Notes: generated by a model from the letters alone, not told the origin. Counted from the stretch's first letter, positions 38,085-50,801 are shown. The stretch is 64,000 nt of DNA from Octopus sinensis (GCF_006345805.1 NC_042999.1:90148001-90212000), one strand, 5' to 3'. A program made the numbers and translations.

Positions 38085-38530
38085 GGTCGGTGCCACTTGA
38101 AAAGTACCTTTGCTGGTGCTGCGTAAGCACACTTTTGCTAGTGGCACATAGAAAGCACCCAGCACACTGTAAAGGGATTGTTGTTAGGAAGGGCATCCGG
38201 CCATAGAAACCATGCTACAACAGACAATTGCAGTCAGGACAGCTCCTGTCAAATTGACCAACCCATGCCATCATGGAAAACAGATGATAGATGATGATGA
38301 TGACGACGATGACGACGACGACCATTATTATTATTATTATTATTATTATTTAATGTCCACATTCCATGCTGGCATGGGTTGGACAGTTTGACTGAATTCA
38401 ATGGGGCCAAGGACTGCATTATGCTTCAGTGTCTGCTTTGGCATGGTTTCTATGGCTGGATGCCCTTCTTAATGTCAGCTATTTTACAGTGTATAATGAG
38501 TGCTTTTTTTAGTGCTATTGGCACTAGTGA
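38085..38530. mobile_element. Two RTE-related SINE-like copies joined tail-to-tail
   Basis: The + copy ends in (GAT/GAC)n at about 38320, followed directly by (TAT)n and a minus copy. Confidence 0.75.
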
Positions 38531-38979
38531 TGTCATCATGTACCTTGCAAATCTGTGAAATCCAAGGAGAAGTGGGGTGGGGGTGTCTTTATGCTAGGAG
38601 ATGAAGATTAAGGTATAAGAGAAGAGTGGGAACAGGTTGTTGTAGAGGAACTATATGGCTGCTTGTATTTAAGAGAGAGAGTGAGATTCAATTTAACAGT
38701 AGCTACAAAAAGAGAAATAATGGTGATGTGCCTTGATAGCACTTCAAGCTATGAGATAAGTAGTAGTGAGTTGGGACAGAAAAGCTAAGGGAGTGTGTGA
38801 TGAGAGTTTGCAAAAGTGTATGGTAGGGGACAAGAGATAGGGGAAATGGGGAACAATAAAGTAGGCAACGGCTGTAAAAGATTGGGTAGGGTTTGAAAGG
38901 TGGATGGAAGGAATGATGGATATGGGAGTGGGGGAGATGACCAGTGTTGTAATGGTAAGCTATGTAACAATACCATTGC

Positions 38980-39330
38980 ATGCTTGTATACAAGTGAGAC
39001 ATGGCTACTTTGAAGAGGACAGAATATCAATTCACTCTGATGCAAAGTGCCATAGAAAGATCCATGCTTGGCATATCATTATGAGAGCACATTTGAAATG
39101 AGATAATTTGAGAATGGATTAGAGTTAACGATGTGATCAGAGAATACTGAAAGCACAAGTTCCACTGAGCCAGCCATGTTGCAAGGTTCACAGACAACAA
39201 GTGGACCTGTGCACAAGAGATCAGAAAAGGCCACTTGGAAGGCCTTCACAATGGTGGGTAAATGATTTATTTAAGCAATTTGGGTCAAGATGGAAAATAT
39301 CAAGACAGAATTGGAAGCACATTATGATCA
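38980..39330 (+). mobile_element. RTE-type LINE C-terminal relic
   Basis: Remnants of ETW...QRAMERSMLGIS...WAGHVAR..DNKWT...GRP..W motifs. Confidence 0.55.
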
Positions 39331-39430
39331 GCAGTGTATAACAGCATCTGATGCTCTGGTTGAAACTGTGATACTGTGACATCATTGTACATAAACACAT
39401 CCATATGTATGTTTATGTGTCTTGTTTCAG

Positions 39431-39594
39431 ATTGTAGTATTGTTTCATCCCGAGTGATCCTGTTGCTAGATGATCTGCTATGGGTGCTAACTGAAACACA
39501 ATTGAAGGCAGCTTTGCTGTATGCAACATCACTACAGGAAGTCATTGAGAAATCTGCTCGGCAAAGCAAGCAACTAGCAGCAGAGAAGTTAAAG
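39431..39594 (+). CDS. BLTP3B: BLTP3 exon 7
   Basis: tttcag|AT...AAG|gtatgt; DCSIVSSRVILLLDDLLWVLTETQLKAALLYATSLQEVIEKS (human LILDDLLWVLTDSQLKA); 164 nt, phase 1->0. Confidence 0.95.
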
Positions 39595-40996
39595 GTATGT
39601 TATTTTTTTCTCTTTATCTCTATTAACTTTCTCTTATTGTCTCATATTTAACCCTTTAGCATTCAGATTACTCTGTCAGATGTAATGCATATTTATTAAC
39701 ATTGTTTCAAATGCATTATTTCATAGTAATGAGATTTCAATGATATGATTGTTTAATATTTGCTATGACATAGTAGAATGGATGTGTGATGCTGGATCTG
39801 GCCAGTTTGAACATAAAACATAGAATATTTGGGCAGGATATGGCTGGTCTAAATGCTAAAGAGTTAACATCCCATTTCTTATTTTTTTGTAGGTTTGTTT
39901 TTGAAAGATAATAGAGTAGAGTAATAGTAGAGTACTAGATTGAATACCTAACATTGAGTAAATTCTTATTGTAGCACTGCCTTTAATGGAACAAATCGAT
40001 CCCTGAACTTATTCTTTGTAAGCCTAGTACTTATTCTATCGGTCTCTTTTGCAGAACCACTAAGTTATGGGGACGTAAACACACCAGCATCAGTTGTCAA
40101 ACAATGGTAGGGGGGCAAACACAGACACACAAACAAACACACACATACACACACACACAACGGGCTTCTTTCAGTTTCCGTCTATCAAATCCACCCACAA
40201 GGCTTTGATTGGCCCGAAGCTATAGTAGAAGACACTTGCCCAAGGTGCCACACAGTGGGACTGAACTTGGAACCATGTAGTTGGTAAGCAAGCTACTTAC
40301 CACACAGCCATGCCTGCACCTATGCCATGCCTGCGCCTATGCCATGCATGCGCTTATGCTGAGTTCAATGAAATAAATACCAAGTTTATTGGTGTCTATT
40401 CACTTGATTATATTTTTGTTTTATAGTCATAAAATTATATAGAATTATATTTAACATTGTGCTTTGTGGGGACTGGCCTGTCAAAGAAAAGACTCAACAT
40501 TTCCTCTGCATGTTGTAAAAGGCAATTAAAAGACATAGAGGTAGAGTTTGCACTCTGACCTTGTAAAACCCTCACTGGCAACGACTACCAACACCAAACC
40601 AACCCATTGGTTGGAGGGTTGTCGCCTAAGTGGTGCTAAGGTGTCACCCACCAGGAGTAGGGAATTACCAACAAATAGTGGTAGATGCAGCAGCACACTG
40701 TTACAGTGCATGCCTCCATACTGCTACTGCTGCTACAACAACAACGACAACAACAACAATAACATTTAACATTGATCTTGCATGACATTGACTCATTCAT
40801 GACTTGAATAATTATTCTCAATTGACATTTAGCTATTGATATTGTTTCATAGGGTAATTAATATTGATTGTTTCATTGAGTAATTAATATTGATTGTAAT
40901 TATTGTCATCAAAAACTTGAGAAAGCACAGTCTAATATTGAGTTCTGTTATTCTCATGTAAACTGGGGCTACAGATTTTCACTTTAATATTTTCAG

Positions 40997-41177
40997 AAAC
41001 AAGGCCATATTGCTTCAGACCAACTGAAAAGAATTCAGATGATGAAGCAGGCCAAAGGTGTTCATCCATCGAAGGCTTCTCGTGTGTTTACCAAGTTTGA
41101 TGTTCTATCTACCTCGTATCACCTCATCACTAGTCGTATTGACTTGCATCTCTGTGATGATATGCAACCACGCAAAG
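40997..41177 (+). CDS. BLTP3B: BLTP3 exon 8 (not in ORF track)
   Basis: tttcag|AAA...G|gtaatt; ...FTKFDVLSTSYHLITSRIDLHLCDD (human FNDFDVKETSHHLVISHLDLHICDD); 181 nt, phase 0->1. Confidence 0.93.
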
Positions 41178-42109
41178 GTAATTGATTAACTTCTTTCTGA
41201 TTTCTTTCATTTTTCAATTACTGTGTCTCAGATATTTCTGTCTGAATCTACTTCAGATTCTTCAACCTGGCTGAATCTGCAGAACGCTTATCTACCAAAC
41301 TGGAGGCTTATTAATTCCTATCTAATCACTCACATTGCAAATTATGAATGGCAGGTTCAGTTCATCTAATTACAAACAACAATACTGCACAAATAGAGGA
41401 GTCTATTCAAGGTTACTTGACCTCTGGAAATAGCAGTTAAATTTCCCTTAAATAACACCATATTATCTTTGATAAGTTGTGATGCTGTCTAAAACTACAT
41501 TGGATTTTGTTGTATTAGATACTCAATGCTTGAATAAAAGAGATAAAAGCCTGGAATACTTTTGATCATAGGCTTCCTCGGTTAGGGTTGACTTGGGTCT
41601 AAACAGCTACGGCAGAAGATAACACAGGGAGGTATAATTTAATGTAGAATGTAAGATAGACATAATAATTGATCAGTATTTCAATAGATTGCTGTTTTGG
41701 CTCAAATCTTCTCTATGATATAACCTAGAGAAGTGATTGACTAACAATAATTTACAGTGTAGCTAGACACTAGCTGTATTCTAGAATTAAAGATATGCCG
41801 ATGGCATTGCTTCAGTGCTTTTCCTTTGAGTTTAAATTACTATTGATTGAAGAATCAATCATTTCTAAAAAGTGATATTTTGTTAATATTTCTGTGGAAT
41901 ATGTTATTTGTAGGATATTCCTAAATATTGGTTGTATGTCTTTGAACAAGACTGATTAGTAAAGTTGTTTAACACCTATTTTCAGTGTCTCTTCTTAATG
42001 TTTTGGTAGATGAAACTATTTTTTACTTTGCTACCTTACCAGCTTTAGTTGCATTTGAGAAAGATGCGGAGTAAATTCACTGACTCCATCTTCAGTGACA
42101 GTCGAATGC

Positions 42110-42154
<45 letters not shown>

Positions 42155-42548
42155 TAATCATTTCTACTGGAAGCACAAGGCTCCAAATTTGGTGGAAGGG
42201 ATTAAGTTGATCACATCAACTCCAGTGCATAACTAGTACTAATTTTATTGACCCTGAAAGGATGAAAGGCGAAGTTGACCTTAGTGAAATTTGAACTCAA
42301 AACGTAATGGCAGATGAAATATCGTTATGCATTTTGCCTGGTATGCTAACGGTTCTGCTGGCTTACCATCTTATTCAATGATAATAATAATAATTTAAAT
42401 AATAATGTCCTTTTTGAGAATTCCTTGAGAGTGCTGAATTTGAAGCTCAGGACTGCATGGCACCTTGGGCAAGTGTCTTGTACTACAACCCTAGGCCGAC
42501 TAAAGCTTTGTGAGTGGATTTGGTAGATGGAAACTGAAAGAAGTCCAT

Positions 42549-42597
<49 letters not shown>

Positions 42598-42986
42598 ATG
42601 TGTGTTTGTGTGTGTGTATTACTGTTGCCTTGCTATAACATCTTGTGATTGAATGTCACTGTCATGTAAAAGTGTCCTTCATTTCCAATACTCTGTGGAA
42701 ATGTGTGGTCATGGGGAAATATTAGCTTAATTGGAAATTGATGAAGGTTGGTATCCTACCTTAGAAAATCTGCCTTAACAAACTCTGTGACCCATGTGAA
42801 TCATGGCAAAGTGGATGTCAAAATACTGATTTTTATGGTGATAATGATGACTATATAATTTCCCGTTGCATGCTTATAAGTATATGAATTTCTCATCAAA
42901 TGTTTATAGTTCATTGTTTTGTATGGATTCCTCATTTAATGTTTTTAGCAGTTAATGTTGCAGCCATTCATTATTGTATTTTCCAG

Positions 42987-43082
42987 ATTCAGCCACAACA
43001 TTTTGTTCTAAAATTGAGGGTGGTGCCATGCAGGTGACTCTCAACAAGCTGTCAATTGATTATTATCCCTTCAATCCTGCAG
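42987..43082 (+). CDS. BLTP3B: BLTP3 exon 9
   Basis: ttccag|AT...G|gtaatt; SKIEGGAMQVTLNKLSIDYYPFNPA (human ITGGAMQLSFTQLTIDYYPYHKA); 96 nt, phase 1->1. Confidence 0.95.
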
Positions 43083-43711
43083 GTAATTTAACTTATTTAT
43101 TATATTCATCTTTTGAGTGGACTACTTGGCTGCTTTGTGTGATTTGCTTTGCTTTGTAATATTTCAAGATGTACACAAAAAGTTTGGTCATCTAACATTA
43201 TTGGTTTGCATAACCTTTTGTGTATTTCTTTAATTTTGATTAATCACAAATTGGTGACTGAAATATTTGGAATAATTTTCTCTCCTTATCAGAAGAGAAT
43301 GGATAAGTTCCATTGATATGAGATATTATTCTTGTGAGATAATAGTTAGTATGACTGAATTTCATATTGACAGTTTCAAGAATTGTCTTATAAGTATGGA
43401 TTAACTATCAGAATTACACTATCTTAGTGGGGATAGCTGGACTCTATGTGGGAAAGTGTCATAATAGTTGGCTCTTGTGTTTGGTCAGATTATACGTATG
43501 GAACAGCTGTCAGAATAGTTAGATTTTATATGGATCAGCTATCTATATAACTAGACTATGTGTGAGACAGCTGTCAGGTCTTGACTGAGACAGCTGTGTA
43601 AAAGATCAGACTACATGAGCCAAAGTGAGAACTTCTATATAGTCATTTGACTTGCTAGGAGTAGCATTCAAATCTTTCTCTTATTGCATCATATTCATTT
43701 AAAAAATAGAC

Positions 43712-43917
43712 GCTATTTTATCAGCTTTCACATTATGCAGTCAAGTTGTTGCAGTTTAACCCTGGGTTAACCCTGATCAAGCATACCTATGATCAAAGCC
43801 ATTACAGCCATGACCATTCTGTCCTTCACCAATAATTCATTGTATATTAAATACAATGCTTGATCAGGGTTAAACTGCAACAACTTGACTGCATAATGTG
43901 AAAGCTGATAAAATAGC
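43712..43917. repeat. Nested perfect inverted duplication
   Basis: 53-bp arms 43712-43764 / 43865-43917 are exact reverse complements; 18-bp and 8-bp inner arms are also exact. Confidence 0.95.
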
Positions 43918-44986
43918 TATGCCTCTCATTTGTCAGAATAACTTAACTATATGTGGGGCAGTTTTTAGAATGAACAAGCTGTATGAGTGGGTGGGGCTGC
44001 ATTTGACGGAATAGCTAGATTCCTTGTGGGCTGGAGTCAGTTGTTACTGTAACCACATAGTATAACATGCCAGACTAAATATTGTGTCACTAATTAATGT
44101 TAATTTGTTACTTTGATATATCGACTCTGATGTAACACGTTATGAAGTTTCATGATGACACTGTCTCTTCTGACCTCATTAATCAAACTTAATGACATTT
44201 GGGATTGGCTTCAACAATACTTAGTAGATGATTTTATCAGAAAATTATTAATGACTAAGAAAGATATTTTATCTCTAGATATGTTTTATCAACTTATTCA
44301 CTAATGCGTCTCAGACACAGTCCTTATATTTTTCTAACAGACTAATTTTATTTCATTAGGCATTTGCAATATACCCCCTTTCCTTTTGCTTTATAATTTG
44401 ATGCTTTGCTGATGTAGAATTAGTCATGCTTTCTTTGTAGTATTGCTCTAGCATGGCCAAATGTAGCTTAAATCTCTTACACAACTAAAGAACACCCTAC
44501 ACATCTTGGTGGGGAAAGAATTCTCCGGACAGGTTTCCAGTTAGTCTGAAATTGTTTTTACAATTACTCTTAACATTTTTTATAACTTCCAGATGAGGCA
44601 TTGATAATGAGTAGAGGTGAGTTGATTTAACCTTGTTGTTTCTTGAATGCCTAAATCTCTTTCTCTACGACCCCATTTCATCTGCTTAAAACTTCTACAG
44701 CATTCTGAAGGAATTTTGGTGATATATATTTTAAGGGGAGTGCATTTACTATAGCAGGGACAAGATAGACTGTTGTCATTTGGTTATGGGATCAGGTTAT
44801 TGATTAATGATAATGAAGTTCAGTGGTGAACTGATTCTTTTATGAGTCTATCTTAGAAACTGTATATTTGAATAAAAATTGTGATATCTGTATCTGCAGT
44901 TTTAGAATAAAAACAACTCCATTAATTAGGATTAATGGAAAATGTAACCATCTGGGGCAAAAAAAAACTTATCAGACTTTTTAATA

Positions 44987-45198
44987 TAGGGTGGCCCAAA
45001 ATTAGGTTTACAGTTATTCAACTATCTCTTTCGCATTTATATATTAACAGTTTAGATCTTAATTATAAAAATATATGAAACCATCATTCTATGCTAATTT
45101 AGTTAATTGTAAGATAGAAGTTTAAATGTAATAAAATGTTTTAAAAGAAATTTAAAGTGCCTATGTGATAACTGTAAACCTACTTTTGGGTCACCCTG
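44987..45198. mobile_element. Tc1/mariner-type MITE
   Basis: 30-nt TIRs (T/C)AGGGTG(G/A)CCCAAAA(T/G)TAGGTTTACAGTTA with 3 mismatches, TA on both sides, AT-rich interior. Confidence 0.85.
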
Positions 45199-46294
45199 TA
45201 GTATTTAGGTTCCAGATATTCTGTTATTCCTGACAATAATAATAGGACTTAGTATAAATGGGCTTTTGAACAAGGTTAAGTTAGATAAATTTGAATATTT
45301 ACACTAACTGTATAGGAAGATTTGTGGAAGTAGAGAAAATGTAAATACTGAGATATTTCTACTGGCCTCATTAAAAGCACTAATTTCCTCAGATTCCACT
45401 GTTTAATTAAAAATACCATAGCTTCTTCTAAGCTGGTACTTTAGAAGAAAGACAATAACAAGTAGTATATGCATCACTCAGAGAAAATGTTTTTTTAACT
45501 CAATACTAATAGGTTGGAGCCCGGATGGGTAAATAGAGGTAAAGAAGGAAATAGGAATTCTATAAACTATACTAATGTCCCTCAAGAGGTGACTTAATCC
45601 CTTATCCTTTGATTAAGTTCATTAAAATAATTATCCTAACACATTGTCTTGTGGTGCCTTACTTTTCTTATTGGAAACTATAAAAATCAGAATATTTCTA
45701 GCATGAAGCTCTGCTACACACTCTACCAAAACAACCCTTGCCTTCCCAGCATTCCATTTCCCATCATATGTTTGTAATGTATATCTAATTACTTATGATC
45801 AAGCATAAGTGATAATCTTATCAATCATTGTACTTTGGTAGAGTCAAAATAGTCCCCTCTCCCATCACTACATTATTTCCTTTGCATCAGGCATCTTCAG
45901 CTTAGATAATTATTCCCTCTTATTCCATTGGTAAAACCATATAAAACATCATTGACCAAACCCTACATCTATGATTTAACTTTTTAATACTCTTAGGGTG
46001 GTGTAAATAGCAGTATTTTGTGTGTGTGTGTGTGTGAGCGCATGTCCGCATGTTTAGTTAATAGCCATTATGACTCTACCAAAATACAACATTAACTGTT
46101 TCAACAAATAATTTCACACCAGATCTCTTCTGAAATATACTGGAAAGAAATCATCTTCATTATTTTACTAAAATGTGGAAACCTACTTAACTTTGATTTA
46201 AACTAATAACATTTATTCATATTTTTTTATAAACTTGGTTTTCAGTTTTCTATAGTACACATATTGAACGAGGAAATATTTAAATAAATTTATG

Positions 46295-46412
46295 TTTTTA
46301 TTAATATTTAGCAGAAGCAACAGAGTGATTCAAGGGCTGAGAGTTTCATGCGTTCCTATGAAACTCTTGCCCCTTGAATCACTCTGTTGCTTCTGCTAAA
46401 TATTAATAAAAA
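46295..46412. repeat. 118-nt near-perfect hairpin (MITE- or pre-miRNA-like)
   Basis: 42-bp perfect outer stem, C/C mismatch, 2 G-U wobbles, 10-bp inner stem, 8-nt loop. Confidence 0.9.
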
Positions 46413-47418
46413 TATACATATACACTCATGTTTTGAGATCTATTTTTCCTGTTTGCATCACCAAGCCTAAATAAATTGATATAGATAAAAATAGATAACC
46501 GAATGGGAATTAATCCTACATCACTAGATTTTATATATATTCAAACTGAAACCTTTAACTGAAAACATTTAAAATTATACATTACTCTGCTCTAGAATGT
46601 TGAAATATAGTTGATCAATTGGACAGCCTAATTAAAATGTGCATAAACAGTGCAGCAAAATAACTTAAATTTCCAGATATACCCAGCCCACCGAGAGCCA
46701 AATTTAAAATATTGAAATAGTTTCTAAATTCATGCAACAGATGTGGGCATGTCCATGTAGTTAAGAAGTTTGCCTCAGGTTTCAGGTTTGACTTCTCTTT
46801 GTAATACCTTGAGTAAGTATCATCTATCATTGTGTAAAATTATTTCTTATATTTGTCAGAATCAGTGGAAGTTTTTGATAAAGTGCAGATATTGTCTTAC
46901 AGCCTGCATCGCATTGTCCTCCCCTATCATATTGCTTTTCTTCCCCAAGCTTTTACTTTATTTTGATCTGCTGAAGGGATTGTTTGTTTATAGGGATTAT
47001 TTCTTTTTGGCTAAAAAGGCTTCTAGCAGTGACTGATGCATTCTACATATATGTATATTTTGTGTGTGTGTGTGTGTTTGGATCCTCTGTATGAGTGTAC
47101 TTTGGATAATTGAGCATGAATTATTTGTTTGAGTCTTTTACATCTTAAAATTCCCCAGATATCATTCCCTTCATTTCTCCTCCTTTTTTCTTGTATATTA
47201 TTCTTTCAATCAATCCAGCTTGGGAAGTGGTTGCCAATTTTTTTTACTGTGGCTGGTGACACTATCAACCAAATGAGCTGGGTGCATTGTTTCATAATTT
47301 CAGGTGTTTTATGTTTCTGTGTAAACCAATGTATTGCAAAAAACTGATGTTACAACACCAATGAAAGTTTCCAATTTCCACCTCAGAGTTTAACATATTT
47401 TGTTTTTGTCATTTGTAG

Positions 47419-47574
47419 GTGGAGAACGAAAGCAATGGTACCGATACAGTGACCAGGTTGGTTCACGAAACCATTGGGTTGGTGGATTGTTTGCTAGTCA
47501 CAAAAAGGAGGTTCAAAGAGCCAGAGCAGCATTTGGAATGTCATCTCCATCACAGTCCCCTTCACACTCAACAG
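47419..47574 (+). CDS. BLTP3B: BLTP3 exon 10
   Basis: ttgtag|GT...G|gtaatt; GGERKQWYRYSDQVGSRNHWVGGLFASHKKEV...SPSQSPSHST; 156 nt, phase 1->1. Confidence 0.88.
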
Positions 47575-48550
47575 GTAATTCTTCATACACGAACACTTCT
47601 GTATAATGTTGCTTTCCTGTTGGATTTGATATTTCAAATTAAGATAGACTTAATTTTCATCTCTTCACCATAGTTTAATGTCTATTCCTATTAAATGTTG
47701 GAATTAAAAAAAAAAAAGTTTTTATTCAGAGAAGTGGGTGAAGTGCTCTTAACTTTTGTGGCAGGCCTTCTCAGAACAATGATATTGCTGTTGTTGATAT
47801 TTAATGTAAACATGCATCGGTTGGAGTTGGTAGTAGGAAGGGTTGTTCTAGTAAGGGCTGGGAAAAATACTTATTGTGAGGTCTAAGTGGTGAAAGCGAG
47901 ACTGGTAAATGTGAGATTGGATAAAAGGGCTTGGGTGAAGAGCTAATTCAGAGGAGTAGAGGCTATTCTTTTTGAAAAAGAAGTGACAATGAGTGGAAAC
48001 AACATATTTGTGAGCTAGTGAATCAGATTTGATTGGATGCAGTCTAGGATGTTAGTATGCAAACAACAGTACTGTCCCATTGATGTATTCCAATGTATCT
48101 ATTTATTTAAATTTTGTTGATAATCAGCAACTAATTAGGGCTGTAGTATTTCTTGATTCTAAAATAGATCTCCTAATGCTTAATGACATGGTTTTGGCAA
48201 TATTATATGTGTTGGGTCACCATGAAAAATTATATCTGAGGTTGTGTGGGTTTTAGTTGTGAGTGGTTCAAGATTAGAGAGGGTGAGAAGCAAGATTGTT
48301 ACTTTGGTGTGAACAATATTTGAGTCTTTAAGACTAGGCTGTTATGTCCCTATTGAAGGCTGCTTTCAATGTCTTTATTCTTGGAGTCATTTGATGAGAG
48401 GAGGGGGTAAGTTGATTACATTGACCCCAGTGCTCTACTCGTATTTATTCTATTAACCCTGGAATGATGAAAGGCAAAAGTCGACCTTGGCAGAATTTGA
48501 ATTCAGAATGTAAGGACAAATGAAATACTATTAAGCCTCTTGCCCAGCAT

Positions 48551-48810
48551 ATAATAATGAAATTATTGTATACAGTGCTCAGGTGCACCACAACTTGTCA
48601 AAAAGTGCATATAAAGTATATGCAGTAATGTACAAATGTCTGGAAAGCGAACATTGTATGAGTCAGATACATGCTTGCGTGTGTATGGAGGGGAGAAAAT
48701 CAGGTGTAGTGTTGGCGAATCTCAGGAAGCATGGAAGTTTTGAAGGATACAGTGCTCTGACAACTAAAAACTGATGCTGGCAGTCTGTTCCATGCTTTAG
48801 TAACTCTTAG
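48551..48810 (-). mobile_element. CR1-like 3' fragment inserted inside a Nin-type SINE (about 48400-48830)
   Basis: SINE sequence stops at TTGCCCAGCAT and resumes at ATTCTGCCAGCTC on the other side of the CR1 copy. Confidence 0.8.
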
Positions 48811-49066
48811 ATTCTGCCAGCTCATTGCCTACAGTTTAGAAATGATGATATAAAAGAGAGAAAAGAGAAGCATAAAAAAAGCGGAACGAGCAGAAGTGAT
48901 GACATCCACAGTTCTTGAATGGTGAACATTGCTGCCATAAAAGTAGAAGGCTTTATATAATCTCTTATTAAATTTTTGTCCTCTTTCTAATATTAAAATA
49001 ATGTTTGACAATTTGTAGTATCCATCATGTTCAGTAATTTATGTGTATTGATTAACTATTTTACAG

Positions 49067-49447
49067 ATCAACCTCAAGGTACATCATCCACACCATCATC
49101 ATCTTCAACTGGTAGTAGTATGAATCCAAATAGTAGTAGCACTAAACCTCAAATGTCATCCACAGTCTCTAGTGCCAGTGAGAAAGTGACTGGATCAGGA
49201 AGTGGATCAAGTGTGCCAAACCGATCTTCTCATGGTGGGGAGAAGAGGTTGTGTTTACTTGAGAGCTGCTTTGTTCTTGAAGTGGACGAGTTCACAATTT
49301 TCTGTATCTCCACAGCTGATAATAAGAGAAATAACCCTCACAAATTCTTCTCTTCAGAGAAGAGGGTCTTACATTTACCTCAAGATATGCCAATTTTACA
49401 CATGGAGTTCACTGAATATTATTATCCTGAGGGAGTCAACTTGCCAG
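49067..49447 (+). CDS. BLTP3B: BLTP3 exon 11
   Basis: ttacag|AT...G|gtaagt; Ser-rich stretch, then LLESCFVLEVDEFTIFCISTAD...LHLPQDMPILHMEFTEYYYPEG (human LYLPQEMSAVYIEFTEYYYPDG); 381 nt, phase 1->1. Confidence 0.95.
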
Positions 49448-50084
49448 GTAAGTAACCTTTACACTCACAGTTGTTTTGTCTATTTGCTCTGCAACAGTTT
49501 ATTGTAAAAACTGCATTTGTTCACACAAGGTTTTTTGGTGTTATTTTATTCTTTTACTGTTTTGTCAGAGCTGGAAAAGGTAGCATTATGACCCTTTTCA
49601 AGGCCTCCAAAACTAGTGAAAGAAAGGTACCTTAAAACAAGAAACCTGGGTTGAATACTTGCAAGAGTGTACTTTGCTAAAGGTACCCATGGGCCAGGTG
49701 AAGGTGCTAAACTGGGCAGCAGGTTAAATCTACCACACGAAAACAGGAATAGCCTTCTAACAAACTTCCACATAGTTTCTATTTACAAACCTTCAGTTAT
49801 TCTGAGGCTATAGTTGTAGACAAACGCCTCAAAGTGTTGTGCAGTGACATTGAACCCAAAACCATGTAGTTGCAAAGTGAACTTCTTTACTATACAGCCA
49901 TATCTATGACTGAACACAAACATGGACACATGCAATTACAGCTACTCACAGCCATACATATGAGTAAATATACTTGATCGTACTCAGACGTGCGTGCACA
50001 CAAGCGCATGCACGCGCACACACATACACACATGGATACATCTATATACTGAGTAATGATGTCTTTCCAACATCAGTAATTCAG

Positions 50085-50320
50085 TTGCACCAATCCGACC
50101 GTGGCCGATGCCAGCCTCGCCTGGCACCAGTGCAGGTGGCACGTAAAAAGCACCCACTACACTCACGGAGTGGTTGGCGTTAGGAAGGGCATCCAGCTGT
50201 AGAAACATTGCCAGATAAGACTGGAGCCTGGTACAGCCTTCTGGCTTCCCAGATCCCCGGTCGAACCGTCCAACCCATGCTAGCATGGAGAACGGACGTT
50301 AAACGATGATGATGATGATT
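50085..50320 (+). mobile_element. RTE-related SINE-like repeat (young, CpG-rich)
   Basis: Same family as 13617-13990; (GAT)n tail. Confidence 0.85.
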
Positions 50321-50694
50321 CAACCCTTTTGTTACCTTAATTCTATTGATATATACCACCTTCTTTCCATTTATTTTTGAAAATAATGAAGAATTAATTA
50401 AATAATTTTTTCAATTTAATTTGGTGTTTGGAATATAAATTAACATGAAATTTTGATGGAAGGTTTGAATTTAGATCACTTTGACCTAGAGGAAAGCCAA
50501 ACAAATTCTATCATGTCCATTAATCCCCCTTATCGAGCCTTCATGAAATTTATTCACTACTTGATAAGTAGAAGTTTATCCAGATCATAGATAAAAATAA
50601 AGAGGGAAATTCTGGTTTGTTCTACTTCTTTATAACCAATCATTGAATCAGTTTTGTTTTATATGAATTGATTTTCTTTTTGTCTATTTTTCAG

Positions 50695-50801
50695 TGCCAC
50701 ATGCTAATCTATATGTATTGTTAAACCCTGTACAGCTGAGAGTCGACTATCTTACACTCCTCTGGCTTAACTATTTTGTGTTGCAGCTGTCCAAAAATCT
50801 G
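50695..50801 (+). CDS. BLTP3B: BLTP3 exon 12
   Basis: tttcag|TG...CTG|gttagt; VPHANLYVLLNPVQLRVDYLTLLWLNYFVLQLSKNL (human IPSPNLYSQLNALQFTVDERSILWLNQF); 107 nt, phase 1->0. Confidence 0.93.
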
